The notes beneath the pieces are model-generated. The model did no database searches. It was given only the letters and a program-made list of their open reading frames with translations, and was not told the DNA's origin. DNA of 64,000 nucleotides, taken from NCBI GenBank assembly GCA_964016885.1, contig OZ024758.1:24490001-24554000 (forward strand), in the 5' to 3' direction. A program made the position numbers and the translations under genes. Source of the stretch: Eledone cirrhosa. Taxonomy: Eukaryota. Below, piece after piece: positions 35,926 to 47,161 of the stretch; positions within the stretch are counted from its first letter, which is position 1, and every line of letters begins with the position of its first letter.

Positions 35926-36135
35926 GATTTGGAACATTTTCAATGAATGATGGAAGTTATTTCAAAGGAAACTTCTGTAATGGAGAAATAGAAGGAAATG
36001 GTATCAAATATTTTGCTAAGACACGAAATAAATATACTGGAAACTTCAAACAAGGAGAAATGCATGGACAAGGAATAATGGAATACAGCAATGGCCGTAT
36101 CTATGATGGAAACTGGTGTGAAAATAAGCACGATG
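35926..36135 (+). CDS. MORN1: MORN1 exon 3
   Basis: cattttag| and |gtcagt, 210 nt, phase 1/1. FGTFSMNDGSYFKGNFCNGEIEGNG...YTGNFKQGEMHGQG...YDGNWCENKHDG contains three MORN repeats. Confidence 0.95.
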
Positions 36136-36153
36136 GTCAGTCTTTTCTTTTAA

Positions 36154-36372
36154 CCCTTTAGCATTTAAACTGGCCATATCCGGCCAGAATTCTCTCACCT
36201 CTTTCTATTCAAAATGGCTGTAACTGGCCACTCATATTGACATTAAGGTATTGTTCTCAAAATAAATAGCATCAAAATCTCATAGATTCGATATTATGAA
36301 ATAATTATGTAAGCTAAAACCTTTACAACAAAAATACAATAGTATATATAGAGTAATGTAAATGCTAAAGGG
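36154..36372. mobile_element. piggyBac-like MITE (TTAA target, CCCTTTAGCATTTA TIR)
   Basis: ttaa|CCCTTTAGCATTTA...TAAATGCTAAAGGG|ttaa. Copies at 13206-13419, 38588-38801, 51278-51681, 54617-54837 and 60189-60340, plus partial copies. Confidence 0.8.
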
Positions 36373-37738
36373 TTAATTCATAAGAAAATCTAAACATACA
36401 GGCAATGCCTGATAGCCTTTAACTCTTTTGTTACCAAATTTTCCAAGCATTTCGAATAATTGTAAAAAGATTCATAATTTTTTTATTTGGTTAATTTACA
36501 TTACTCTATATTTACTATTGTATTTTCGTGGTAAAGGTTTTCATCTCACATAATTATCTCACATAATATTGAATCTATGAGATGTTGATATTATTTATTT
36601 TGAGAACAATACCTTATACCTTATGTATGAGCAGCTGGTTATGGCCAGTTTGAACAGAAAGAGGTGAGAGAATTCTGGCCGGATATGACTGGTTTAAGGG
36701 TTAAACATACAGAAAAAAAAAGCAGTATTGGAAAGAACTATAAATGCCATAAATGAGAGGAAATGTAGGGAAAGAGCAAAGACTACTCGGCAAAGGAAGA
36801 AAGAAAGGGGGAAGGGATGAGTGTGATGGGATTAAATAAAATAAGGCGCATGGCTTAGTGGTTGGAGCATTGGGCTTGCAATCGGGAGGTTGTGAGTTTA
36901 ATTCTTGGACAGGGTGATGCATTGTGTCCTTGAGCAAGACACTTTGTTTTGCATTGTTCCAGTTTGCTCAGCTGTAGAAATGAGTTGTGATGTCACTGGA
37001 ACAAAGCTGTATCGGCCATTGCCTTTCCCTGGACAACATCAGTGGTGTGGATGTTGCTACAGGGGTGGTGAACCATTAGAAAAAGCAGAATGAATGTTTC
37101 ACCTTCAAAAGAGGGATGATTTTCAAAAAGGAGAAATAAAATAACTAATTTTAATATTATTAAGTTGGTGTTTGGGACATAACTTAATAAAGATTTTTAC
37201 ATAAAATTATCATGGAAGGCGTTTAAATAAAAATAAATAATTTAAAATGAGAGGTTTTTTATCATAAAATCATGGGAGGTTTGGAATCAAAAGGGATAAG
37301 GCAGTGAATTGTCAGGATAACAAAATAGTTTTTATTGTACATTCTGAGTTGAAATACATTCTACATGTGGATACAGCATTGTTGAATGGTTAAGAAGCTC
37401 ACTTCACAATCTTTAGGTCTCAGGTTCAATCCCAGTGTGGCATCTCAGGCAAGTGTTATTTGCCATAACTCCGAGTCAACCCATGCCTTGTGAGTGAAAT
37501 CGAAGTGATAGAAACTATTTGGAAGGCCGTCAAATGGATTGTGTTTCTAATTCAAAGGGCAAGCCTTTCCACACACTGTGTCATACTGAATCTCCCTGAG
37601 AATTACATTAAGGGTGTACATGCCTGTGAAAGGCTCAGCTTCTGGCACATTAATTTCACAGGTAGACTAGTCCATAGAAAGAATCAGTCATATATGTCCT
37701 TCCTTGAACCCTCAATTCTATTTTTTTTATATTCCTAG

Positions 37739-37826
37739 GTTATGGAGTTTTAACATTTGTAGGTGGATCTTACAAAGGTGCCTTCTATAATCACAAAAAA
37801 CATGGCTCAGGAATACTTAAAATGAA
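37739..37826 (+). CDS. MORN1: MORN1 exon 4
   Basis: ttcctag| and |gtaagt, 88 nt, phase 1/2. YGVLTFVGGSYKGAFYNHKKHGSGILKM is a MORN repeat. Not in the ORF track. Confidence 0.92.
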
Positions 37827-39071
37827 GTAAGTAGAGTTGTTTGCCTCACATGGTGGGGAGTATAAGTAGTTCTAATTAATCTCAAGATATGTTTGAGATA
37901 ATGGAAAGGAAGTAAATTGCAGTTAAAATCAAAGGTTTATCAACGGTTAGAAAGCAAAAATTATATATATATATATATATTATATATATTTATATATCAT
38001 ATATATTTATATATCATCATCATCACTGTTTAATGTCCACCTTCTACGCTAGCATGGGTTAGACAGATTGTTCCATTTGAGGCATGTTGGGTCAAGTGAT
38101 GGGGGAGGGGAGGGGAACATTTTGAAAAAAATTGGAAAAATTTAATAAAAAGTTTTCTTCAAAAAAAAATATGATGGAAGGTTTTAATATAAATATGAAT
38201 CCTTTAAAATAAGCAGTTTTGTATCATAAAACCAGCATTGGTTTCAGGAGAGTCCGTACATAAAGGGTTAAGCAGGAATAAGAGAAGAAAGAGAACAGAA
38301 ATGGATTTTAAGCAATCTTATAATATTTTTATGTCCTGCGAAGTGAAGAATATAATTTACACAGAAACAGACAGACTGGTGGATATACAATATTAGTCGA
38401 TTTGTAATGTGATATCTGATAAAATCTAACAAGGAAAGTCATTACATTCAGAGGAAATAAAAAGCACACAATATAAAAGAGAAAATTATCATGATATTCC
38501 AAAGACAATTAAGCAAGATAGTTATCTAATATCACCGTACATTATAATATACATCTATACATTGTCAAGGACACCATTTTTCTTTAACCCTTTAGCATTT
38601 ACATTACTCTATATTTACTATTATATTTTCATGGTAAAGGCTTTGCCTCACATAATTATCTCACATAATATCGAATCTATGAGATTGTGATATTATTTAT
38701 TTTGAGAACAACACCTTAACATAAGTATGAGTGGCCAGTTACAGCCGGTTTGAATAGAAAGAGGTGAGAGAATTCTGGTCGGATATGGCCAGTTTAAAGG
38801 GTTAAAGAATATTTTATATTGCTATCCAACAGTTCTATATAAGGAAGACGTGAACATCTGATCTGATTTGTCTCACAACAGGACAACTCGTCTAACCCAT
38901 GCTAGTGTAGAAAAATGGACGTTAAACAGTAATGATGATGATGATGATGATCCAAAATCTGTAATAATATATGGATGAAAGGACCCCTTCAGTTGTATCA
39001 AAGACATGACAACCCCTTCCTCTGTGCACTCAAAAATGTAAGACTGTACGTAAGTGACATGTTGACCATCC

Positions 39072-40943
39072 AGGACTGTCTGGGAGGTCAGTAGCTCCAC
39101 TTCAGTACTGACTTAGTCTGTGTAGACCTGTCCAACCCTTGCGAGATGCAGACCCCCTGGATTGTCTGGGAGGTCAGTAGCTCCACTTCAGTACTGACTT
39201 AGTCTGTGTAGACCTGTCCAACCCTTGCGAGATGCAGACCCCCTGGATTGTCTGGGAGGTCAGTAGCTCCACTTCAGTACTGACTTAGTCTGTGTAGACC
39301 TGTCCAACCCTTGCGAGATGCAGACCCCCTGGATTGTCTGGGAGGTCAGTAGCTCCACTTCAGTACTGACTTAGTCTGTGTAGACCTGTCCAACCCTTGC
39401 GAGATGCAGACCCCCTGGATTGTCTGGGAGGTCAGTAGCTCCACTTCAGTACTGACTTAGTCTGTGTAGACCTGTCCAACCCTTGCGAGATGCAGACCCC
39501 CTGGATTGTCTGGGAGGTCAGTAGCTCCACTTCAGTACTGACTTAGTCTGTGTAGACCTGTCCAACCCTTGCGAGATGCAGACCCCCTGGATTGTCTGGG
39601 AGGTCAGTAGCTCCACTTCAGTACTGACTTAGTCTGTGTAGACCTGTCCAACCCTTGCGAGATGCAGACCCCCTGGATTGTCTGGGAGGTCAGTAGCTCC
39701 ACTTCAGTACTGACTTAGTCTGTGTAGACCTGTCCAACCCTTGCGAGATGCAGACCCCCTGGATTGTCTGGGAGGTCAGTAGCTCCACTTCAGTACTGAC
39801 TTAGTCTGTGTAGACCTGTCCAACCCTTGCGAGATGCAGACCCCTGGACTGTCTGGGAGGTCAGTAGCTCCACTTCAGTACTGACTTAGTCTGTGTAGAC
39901 CTGTCCAACCCTTGCGAGATGCAGACCCCTGGACTGTCTGGGAGGTCAGTAGCTCCACTTCAGTACTGACTTAGTCTGTGTAGACCTGTCCAACCCTTGC
40001 GAGATGCAGACCCCCTGGACTGTCTGGGAGGTCAGTAGCTCCACTTCAGTACTGACTTAGTCTGTGTAGACCTGTCCAACCCTTGCGAGATGCAGACCCC
40101 CTGGACTGTCTGGGAGGTCAGTAGCTCCACTTCAGTACTGACTTAGTCTGTGTAGACCTGTCCAACCCTTGCGAGATGCAGACCCCCTGGATTGTCTGGG
40201 AGGTCAGTAGCTCCACTTCAGTACTGACTTAGTCTGTGTAGACCTGTCCAACCCTTGCGAGATGCAGACCCCCTGGACTGTCTGGGAGGTCAGTAGCTCC
40301 ACTTCAGTACTGACTTAGTCTGTGTAGACCTGTCCAACCCTTGCGAGATGCAGACCCCCTGGATTGTCTGGGAGGTCAGTAGCTCCACTTCAGTACTGAC
40401 TTAGTCTGTGTAGACCTGTCCAACCCTTGCGAGATGCAGACCCCCTGGATTGTCTGGGAGGTCAGTAGCTCCACTTCAGTACTGACTTAGTCTGTGTAGA
40501 CCTGTCCAACCCTTGCGAGATGCAGACCCCCTGGATTGTCTGGGAGGTCAGTAGCTCCACTTCAGTACTGACTTAGTCTGTGTAGACCTGTCCAACCCTT
40601 GCGAGATGCAGACCCCCAGGACTGTCTGGGAGGTCAGTAGCTCCACTTCAGTACTGACTTAGTCTATGTAGACCTGTCCAACCCTTGCGAGATGCAGACC
40701 CCCTGGACTGTCTGGGAGGTCAGTAGCTCCACTTCAGTACTGACTTAGTCTATGTAGACCTGTCCAACCCTTGCGAGATGCAGACCCCCTGGACTGTCTG
40801 GGAGGTCAGTAGCTCCACTTCAGTACTGACTTAGTCTGTGTAGACCTGACCAACCCTTGCGAGATGCAGACCCCCTGGATTGTCTGGGAGGTCAGTAGCT
40901 CCACTTCAGTACTGACTTAGTCTATGTAGACCTGTCCAACCCC
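39072..40943. repeat. 86-bp minisatellite, about 22 near-identical copies
   Basis: Unit ggattgtctgggaggtcagtagctccacttcagtactgacttagtctgtgtagacctgtccaacccttgcgagatgcagaccccct. Confidence 0.97.
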
Positions 40944-41704
40944 TGCTAGCAGGGAAAGCAGACATTATACAATGATGACGATGATAATAATGATGATGAT
41001 GATGATATGGTTATATTAATTTCTAAATAAAGTACCAGTAATGCACTGGGTAATTGCTGGCCTTGTGCCAAAAGTAGAAACAATTAATTTCTAATTTATG
41101 CACAAGGCCAGGAAATTTTTTTTTGGGGGGATGGAAAAAAACAAAGTTGATTAAATCAACCCAAATACTTGACTGGTACTTTATTTTATCAACCCAGAAG
41201 GATGAATGGCAAAGTTGACTGCAGCAGGGTTTAAACTCGGAATGTAAAAAGTCAGAACAAATACCACAATGACATTTTATCCTACGCTCTACCAATTCTG
41301 CCAATATATGGACCTTCAAACATGTCTCTCATCTCTTCATCAGAAGTTTTCTGACAGACTCTACCATGAGCATGAGCTAATGAGGTTCTCACCAGTCCAT
41401 AGTATATTAACACTGGTTTGGTTTGCTTATATCGTCCCTATTCTAATACCCTTCTTGATAGACACATGTAAACTCCTATGTAGAAAATACCATCTTTTAT
41501 CAATTCTTATGTTTCTATCGACATATACAGATATCATCTCGATATAACATATGCAGACCTACACTGTGTCTGAGTAAAAAGACAAGATGGTCATAAATGG
41601 AATGTCTTTGATCATAGGTCAGCTTGATTAGGGATGACCTAGGGCTATGCAAAAGCAACAAGAACTTATAAACAACACAAGACAGCTAGATTAGATAATA
41701 CATT

Positions 41705-42317
41705 ATCGGTAGAGCGTCAGACACCATGCTTTGCAGCATAGAGTTATGGCACTTTACGTTCTGAGTTCAAATCCTGCCGAGGTTAACTTTGCCTTTCATC
41801 CTTACGCCGCCGATAAAATAAAGTACCAGTAATGCACTGGGGTAATTACTGGCCTTGTGCCAAAAGTAGAAACAATTATGATTGATAAATTATTTAGGTG
41901 GATTGGCAGTATTGGTGGAATGTTGGACGCCGTGCTTTGCGGCATGGAGTTACGGCCCTTTACATTCTGAGTTGAAATCCCCCGCTGAGGTTAGCTTTGC
42001 CTTTCATCCTTAGAGGGTCGATAAAATAAAGTACCAGTCATGCACTGGGGTCGATTTAATCGACTTTCCACTGCCGACCCCTCAAATTCTTGGCCTTGTG
42101 CCTAAATAGGAAACCATTATTGATTGGATTGGCAGTATCGGTAGGGGGTCGGACGCCATGCTTTGCAGCAAAGAGTTACGGCCCTTTACGGTTTGAGTTC
42201 AAATCCCGCCGAGGTTGACTTTGCCTTTCATCCTTACGGGGGGGTCGATAAAATGAAGCACTAGTAATACACTGGGATAATTGATGGCCCCTTGTGCCTA
42301 AAGTAGAAACAATTATG
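41705..42317 (+). mobile_element. Three head-to-tail SINE-A copies
   Basis: Repeated A box/B box/central domain units. The last copy runs into the 69-bp array. Confidence 0.82.
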
Positions 42318-44937
42318 TAAAATAAAGTACCAGTAATACACTGGGGTAATTGCTGGCCCCTTGTGCCTAAAGTAGAAACAATTATGTAAAATAAAGTACC
42401 AGTAATACACTGGGGTAATTGCTGGCCCCTTGTGCCTAAAGTAGAAACAATTATGTAAAATAAAGTACCAGTAATACACTGGGGTAATTGCTGGCCCCTT
42501 GTGCCTAATGTAGAAACAAATATGTAAAATAAAGTACCAGTAATACACTGGGGTAATTGCTGGCCCTTTGTGCCTAAAGTAGAAACAATTATGTAAAATA
42601 AAGTACCAGTAATACACTGGGATAATTGCTGGCCCCTTGTGCCTAAAGTAGAAACAATTATGTAAAATAAAGTACCAGTAATACACTGGGGTAATTGCTG
42701 GCCCCTTGTGCCTAAAGTAGAAACAAATATGTAAAATAAAGTACCAGTAATACACTGGGGTAATTGCTGGCCCCTTGTGCCTAAAGTAGAAACAATTATG
42801 TAAAATAAAGTACCAGTAATACACTGGGGTAATTGCTGGCCCCTTGTGCCTAAAGTAGAAACAATTATGTAAAATAAAGCACCAGTAATACACTGGGATA
42901 ATTGCTGGCCCCTTGTGCCTAAAGTAGAAACCATTATGTAAAATAAAGTACCAGTAATACACTGGGGTAATTGCTGGCCCCTTGTGCCTAAAGTAGAAAC
43001 AATTATGTAAAATAAAGTACCAGTAATACACTGGGGTAATTGCTGGCCCCTTGTGCCTAAAGTAGAAACAATTATGTAAAATAAAGTACCAGTAATACAC
43101 TGGGGTAATTGCTGGCCCCTTGTGCCTAAAGTAGAAACAATTATGTAAAATAAAGTACCAGTAATACACTGGGGTAATTGCTGGCCCCTTGTGCCTAAAG
43201 TAGAAACAAATATGTAAAATAAAGTACCAGTAATACACTGGGGTAATTGCTGGCCCTTTGTGCCTAAAGTAGAAACAATTATGTAAAATAAAGTACCAGT
43301 AATACACTGGGATAATTGCTGGCCCCTTGTGCCTAAAGTAGAAACAATTATGTAAAATAAAGTACCAGTAATACACTGGGGTAATTGCTGGCCCCTTGTG
43401 CCTAAAGTAGAAACAAATATGTAAAATAAAGTACCAGTAATACACTGGGGTAATTGCTGGCCCCTTGTGCCTAAAGTAGAAACAATTATGTAAAATAAAG
43501 TACCAGTAATACACTGGGGTAATTGCTGGCCCCTTGTGCCTAAAGTAGAAACAAATATGTAAAATAAAGTACCAGTAATACACTGGGGTAATTGCTGGGC
43601 CCTTGTGCCTAAAGTAGAAACAATTATGTAAAATAAAGCACCAGTAATACACTGGGATAATTGCTGGCCCCTTGTGCCTAAAGTAGAAACCATTATGTAA
43701 AATAAAGTACCAGTAATACACTGGGATAATTGCTGGCCCCTTGTGCCTAAAGTAGAAACAATTATGTAAAATAAAGTACCAGTAATACACTGGGGTAATT
43801 GCTGGCCCCTTGTGCCTAAAGTAGAAACAATTATGTAAAATAAAGTACCAGTAATACACTGGGGTAATTGCTGGCCCCTTGTGCCTAAAGTAGAAACAAT
43901 TATGTAAAATAAAGTACCAGTAATACACTGGGATAATTGCTGGCCCCTTGTGCCTAAAGTAGAAACCATTATGTAAAATAAAGTACCAGTAATACACTGG
44001 GATAATTGCTGGCCCCTTGTGCCTAAAGTAGAAACAAATATGTAAAATAAAGTACCAGTAATACACTGGGGTAATTGCTGGCCCCTTGTGCCTAAAGTAG
44101 AAACAAATATGTAAAATAAAGTACCAGTAATACACTGGGGTAATTGCTGGCCCTTTGTGCCTAAAGTAGAAACAATTATGTAAAATAAAGTACCAGTAAT
44201 ACACTGGGATAATTGCTGGCCCCTTGTGCCTAAAGTAGAAACAATTATGTAAAATAAAGTACCAGTAATACACTGGGGTAATTGCTGGCCCCTTGTGCCT
44301 AAAGTAGAAACAAATATGTAAAATAAAGTACCAGTAATACACTGGGGTAATTGCTGGCCCCTTGTGCCTAAAGTAGAAACAATTATGTAAAATAAAGTAC
44401 CAGTAATACACTGGGGTAATTGCTGGCCCCTTGTGCCTAAAGTAGAAACAAATATGTAAAATAAAGTACCAGTAATACACTGGGGTAATTGCTGGCCCCT
44501 TGTGCCTAAAGTAGAAACAATTATGTAAAATAAAGTACCAGTAATACACTGGGGTAATTGCTGGCCCCTTGTGCCTAAAGTAGAAACAATTATGTAAAAT
44601 AAAGTACCAGTAATACACTGGGGTAATTGCTGGCCCCTTGTGCCTAAAGTAGAAACAATTATGTAAAATAAAGTACCAGTAATACACTGGGGTAATTGCT
44701 GGCCCCTTGTGCCTAAAGTAGAAACAATTATGTAAAATAAAGTACCAGTAATACACTGGGATAATTGCTGGCCCCTTGTGCCTAAAGTAGAAACAATTAT
44801 GTAAAATAAAGTACCAGTAATACACTGGGGTAATTGCTGGCCCCTTGTGCCTAAAGTAGAAACAATTATGTAAAATAAAGTACCAGTAATACACTGGGGT
44901 AATTGCTGGCCCCTTGTGCCTAAAGTAGAAACCATTG
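42250..44937 (+). repeat. 69-bp tandem array of the SINE-A 3' end, about 39 copies
   Basis: Unit aaaataaagtaccagtaatacactggggtaattgctggccccttgtgcctaaagtagaaacaattatgt. Confidence 0.97.
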
Positions 44938-44958
44938 ATAGATTATTTCTGCTTTCAG

Positions 44959-45046
44959 AGATGGAAGTGTCTACTCTGGTAACTTCGTGTGTGGTCAACG
45001 TCAGGGCCATGGACAGACCAAATATGGTGATGGAACTGAACATGAG
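44959..45046 (+). CDS. MORN1: MORN1 exon 5
   Basis: gctttcag| and |gttagt, 88 nt, phase 2/0. DGSVYSGNFVCGQRQGHGQTKYGDGTEHE is a MORN repeat, and its phases match both neighbouring exons. Confidence 0.92.
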
Positions 45047-45062
45047 GTTAGTATTAAATGAA

Positions 45063-45063
<1 letters not shown>

Positions 45064-45093
<30 letters not shown>

Positions 45094-45520
45094 GGCGTCT
45101 TCTTCTTCTTCTTCTCCTCCTCCTCATCTTCTGTTATCATCATCTTATCCTCCTCCTCCTCATCATCATCTTCTTATCCTCCTCCTCCTCATCATCATCA
45201 TCTTATCCTCCTCCTCCTCCTCATCTTCTGTTATCATCATCTTATCCTCCTCCTCCTCCTCATCATCATCATCTTATCCTCCTCCTCCTCCTCATCATCA
45301 TCATCATCTTATCATCCTCCTCCTCATCATCATCATCTTCTGTTATCATCATCTTATCCTCCTCCCCCTCATCATCATCATCTTATCCTCCTCCTCCTCA
45401 TCATCATCATCATCTTATCCTCCTCCTCATCATCATCATCTTCTGTTATCATCATCTTATCCTCCTCCTCATCATCATCATCATCTTTTTCTTCTCTTTC
45501 TCCACCTCCTCTTCATCATT
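45064..45520. repeat. CTG/CTT/CCT/CAT compound microsatellite
   Basis: Low-complexity trinucleotide tracts immediately after exon 5. Confidence 0.9.
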
Positions 45521-45932
45521 GTATCATGCTTCCCGAGATCCGCCAACACTACAGCTAACACATACACACATGTACTTCCCTGACATTTCTCTATTATTCT
45601 ATGTACTATACACACACCTTTGACGAGTTGTAGTGCACCTGAGCACTGTACACAATAATTTCATTATTATTATTATTATTATTATAATCATCTTCTCCTC
45701 CCCATCCTCTTCTCTTTTTCCATGCTGTCATGATTTAAACATATGCAAACTAAGATTCAGCCAAACCAGTCTACCTATCTTACATACCCAGTCTACCTGC
45801 CTTACATACCCAGTCTACCTGCCTTACATACCCAGTCTACCTGCCTTACATACCCAGTCTACCTGCCTTACATACCCAGTCTACCTGCCTTACATACCCA
45901 GTCTACCTGCCTTACATACCCAGTCTACCTGT

Positions 45933-46493
45933 CATCATCATCATCATCATCATCATTTAACGTCCGCTTTTCCCTGCTTGCAAGGGTGGAACGGGAACTT
46001 ATTCTGGCTTGATTTCTACAGCTGGATGCCCTTCCTAACACCAACCTCATTTACAGTGAGTGCTGGGTGCTTTTTTTTTTGCCGTGGCACCTCCACGCCA
46101 CGACCACTTTACAGTGAGTGCTGGGTGCTTTTTCTTTTCTGTGGCGCCTACACGACCACTTTACAGTGAGTGCTTGGTGCTTTTTCTTTTCTGTGGCGCC
46201 TACACGACCACTTTACAGTGAGTGCTGGGTGCTTTTTCTTTTCTGTGGCGCCTACACGTCCACTTTACAGTGTGGGCTGGGTGCTTTTTTGCCGTGACAC
46301 CCCCACAACCACTTTGCAGTGGAATGATAGGGACTCCAGTCCCTATCATCTCATTTCTACAGCTGAGTAAACTGGAGCAATGTGAAATAAAGTGTCTTGC
46401 TCAAGGAAACAACACATCACCCGGTCTGAAAATTGAACTCTCAACCTTTCGATTGCAAGCCCAATGCTCTAACCACTAAGCCATGTGCCTCCA
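45933..46493 (-). mobile_element. SINE-B copy with internal tandem duplications, inside a 22-bp minisatellite
   Basis: About four extra internal ~52-bp units (gaccactttacagtgagtgctgggtgc...). cagtctacc-type repeats flank it on both sides. Confidence 0.85.
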
Positions 46494-46820
46494 TATCTAC
46501 CTTACATAACCAGTCTGTCTACCTTACATAACCAGTCTGTCTACCTTACATACCTTACATAACCAGTCTACCTACTTTACATACCTTACATAACCAGTCT
46601 ACCTACTTTACATACCTTACATAACCAGTCTACCTACTTTACATACCTTACATAACCAGTCTACCTGCCTACCTTACATAACAGCAGATATGCTGAAAAG
46701 TCATCTTAATACACTAAGCTACCGATCTCTCCCTGGACAGAGATGAGGATCCTTTCTCTGATGAAATTCCAAGATTAGAAACTAGCCAAATCAATCACAT
46801 TTTACTGTCTTCAGATATCT

Positions 46821-47008
46821 TAACCCTGTGGTCTAACCACAGGGTTAGTGGTCTAACCACTTTGTTAGTGGTCTAACCACAGGGTTAGTGGTCTAACCAC
46901 TTTGTTAGTGGTCTAACCACAGGGTTAGTGGTCTAACCACTTTGTTAGTGGTCTAACCACAGTGTTAGTGGTCTAACCACTTTGTTAGTGGTCTAACCAC
47001 AGGGTTAA
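46821..47008. repeat. 20-bp hairpin repeat alternating as a 40-bp dimer
   Basis: gtggtctaaccacagggtta alternates with gtggtctaaccactttgtta. Confidence 0.92.
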
Positions 47009-47161
47009 CTTCTCACAGTAAGGCTAAAATTGTATGTTTATTTTAAAAAAAAAGAAAAGATAAATTCTTTTACTTTTTTCTGGTTTCAGTCATTAGACTG
47101 AAAAGACATATCTTACAGAAAAAAACATATCTTCCATTTAAACTATGTGTGTGTGTGTGTA

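Noticed and set aside
42176-45127. 983-aa and 877-aa minus-strand repeat ORFs
   Set aside because: These are artefacts of a stop-free 69-bp (multiple of 3) SINE-derived array. They lie antisense to a real MORN1 exon.
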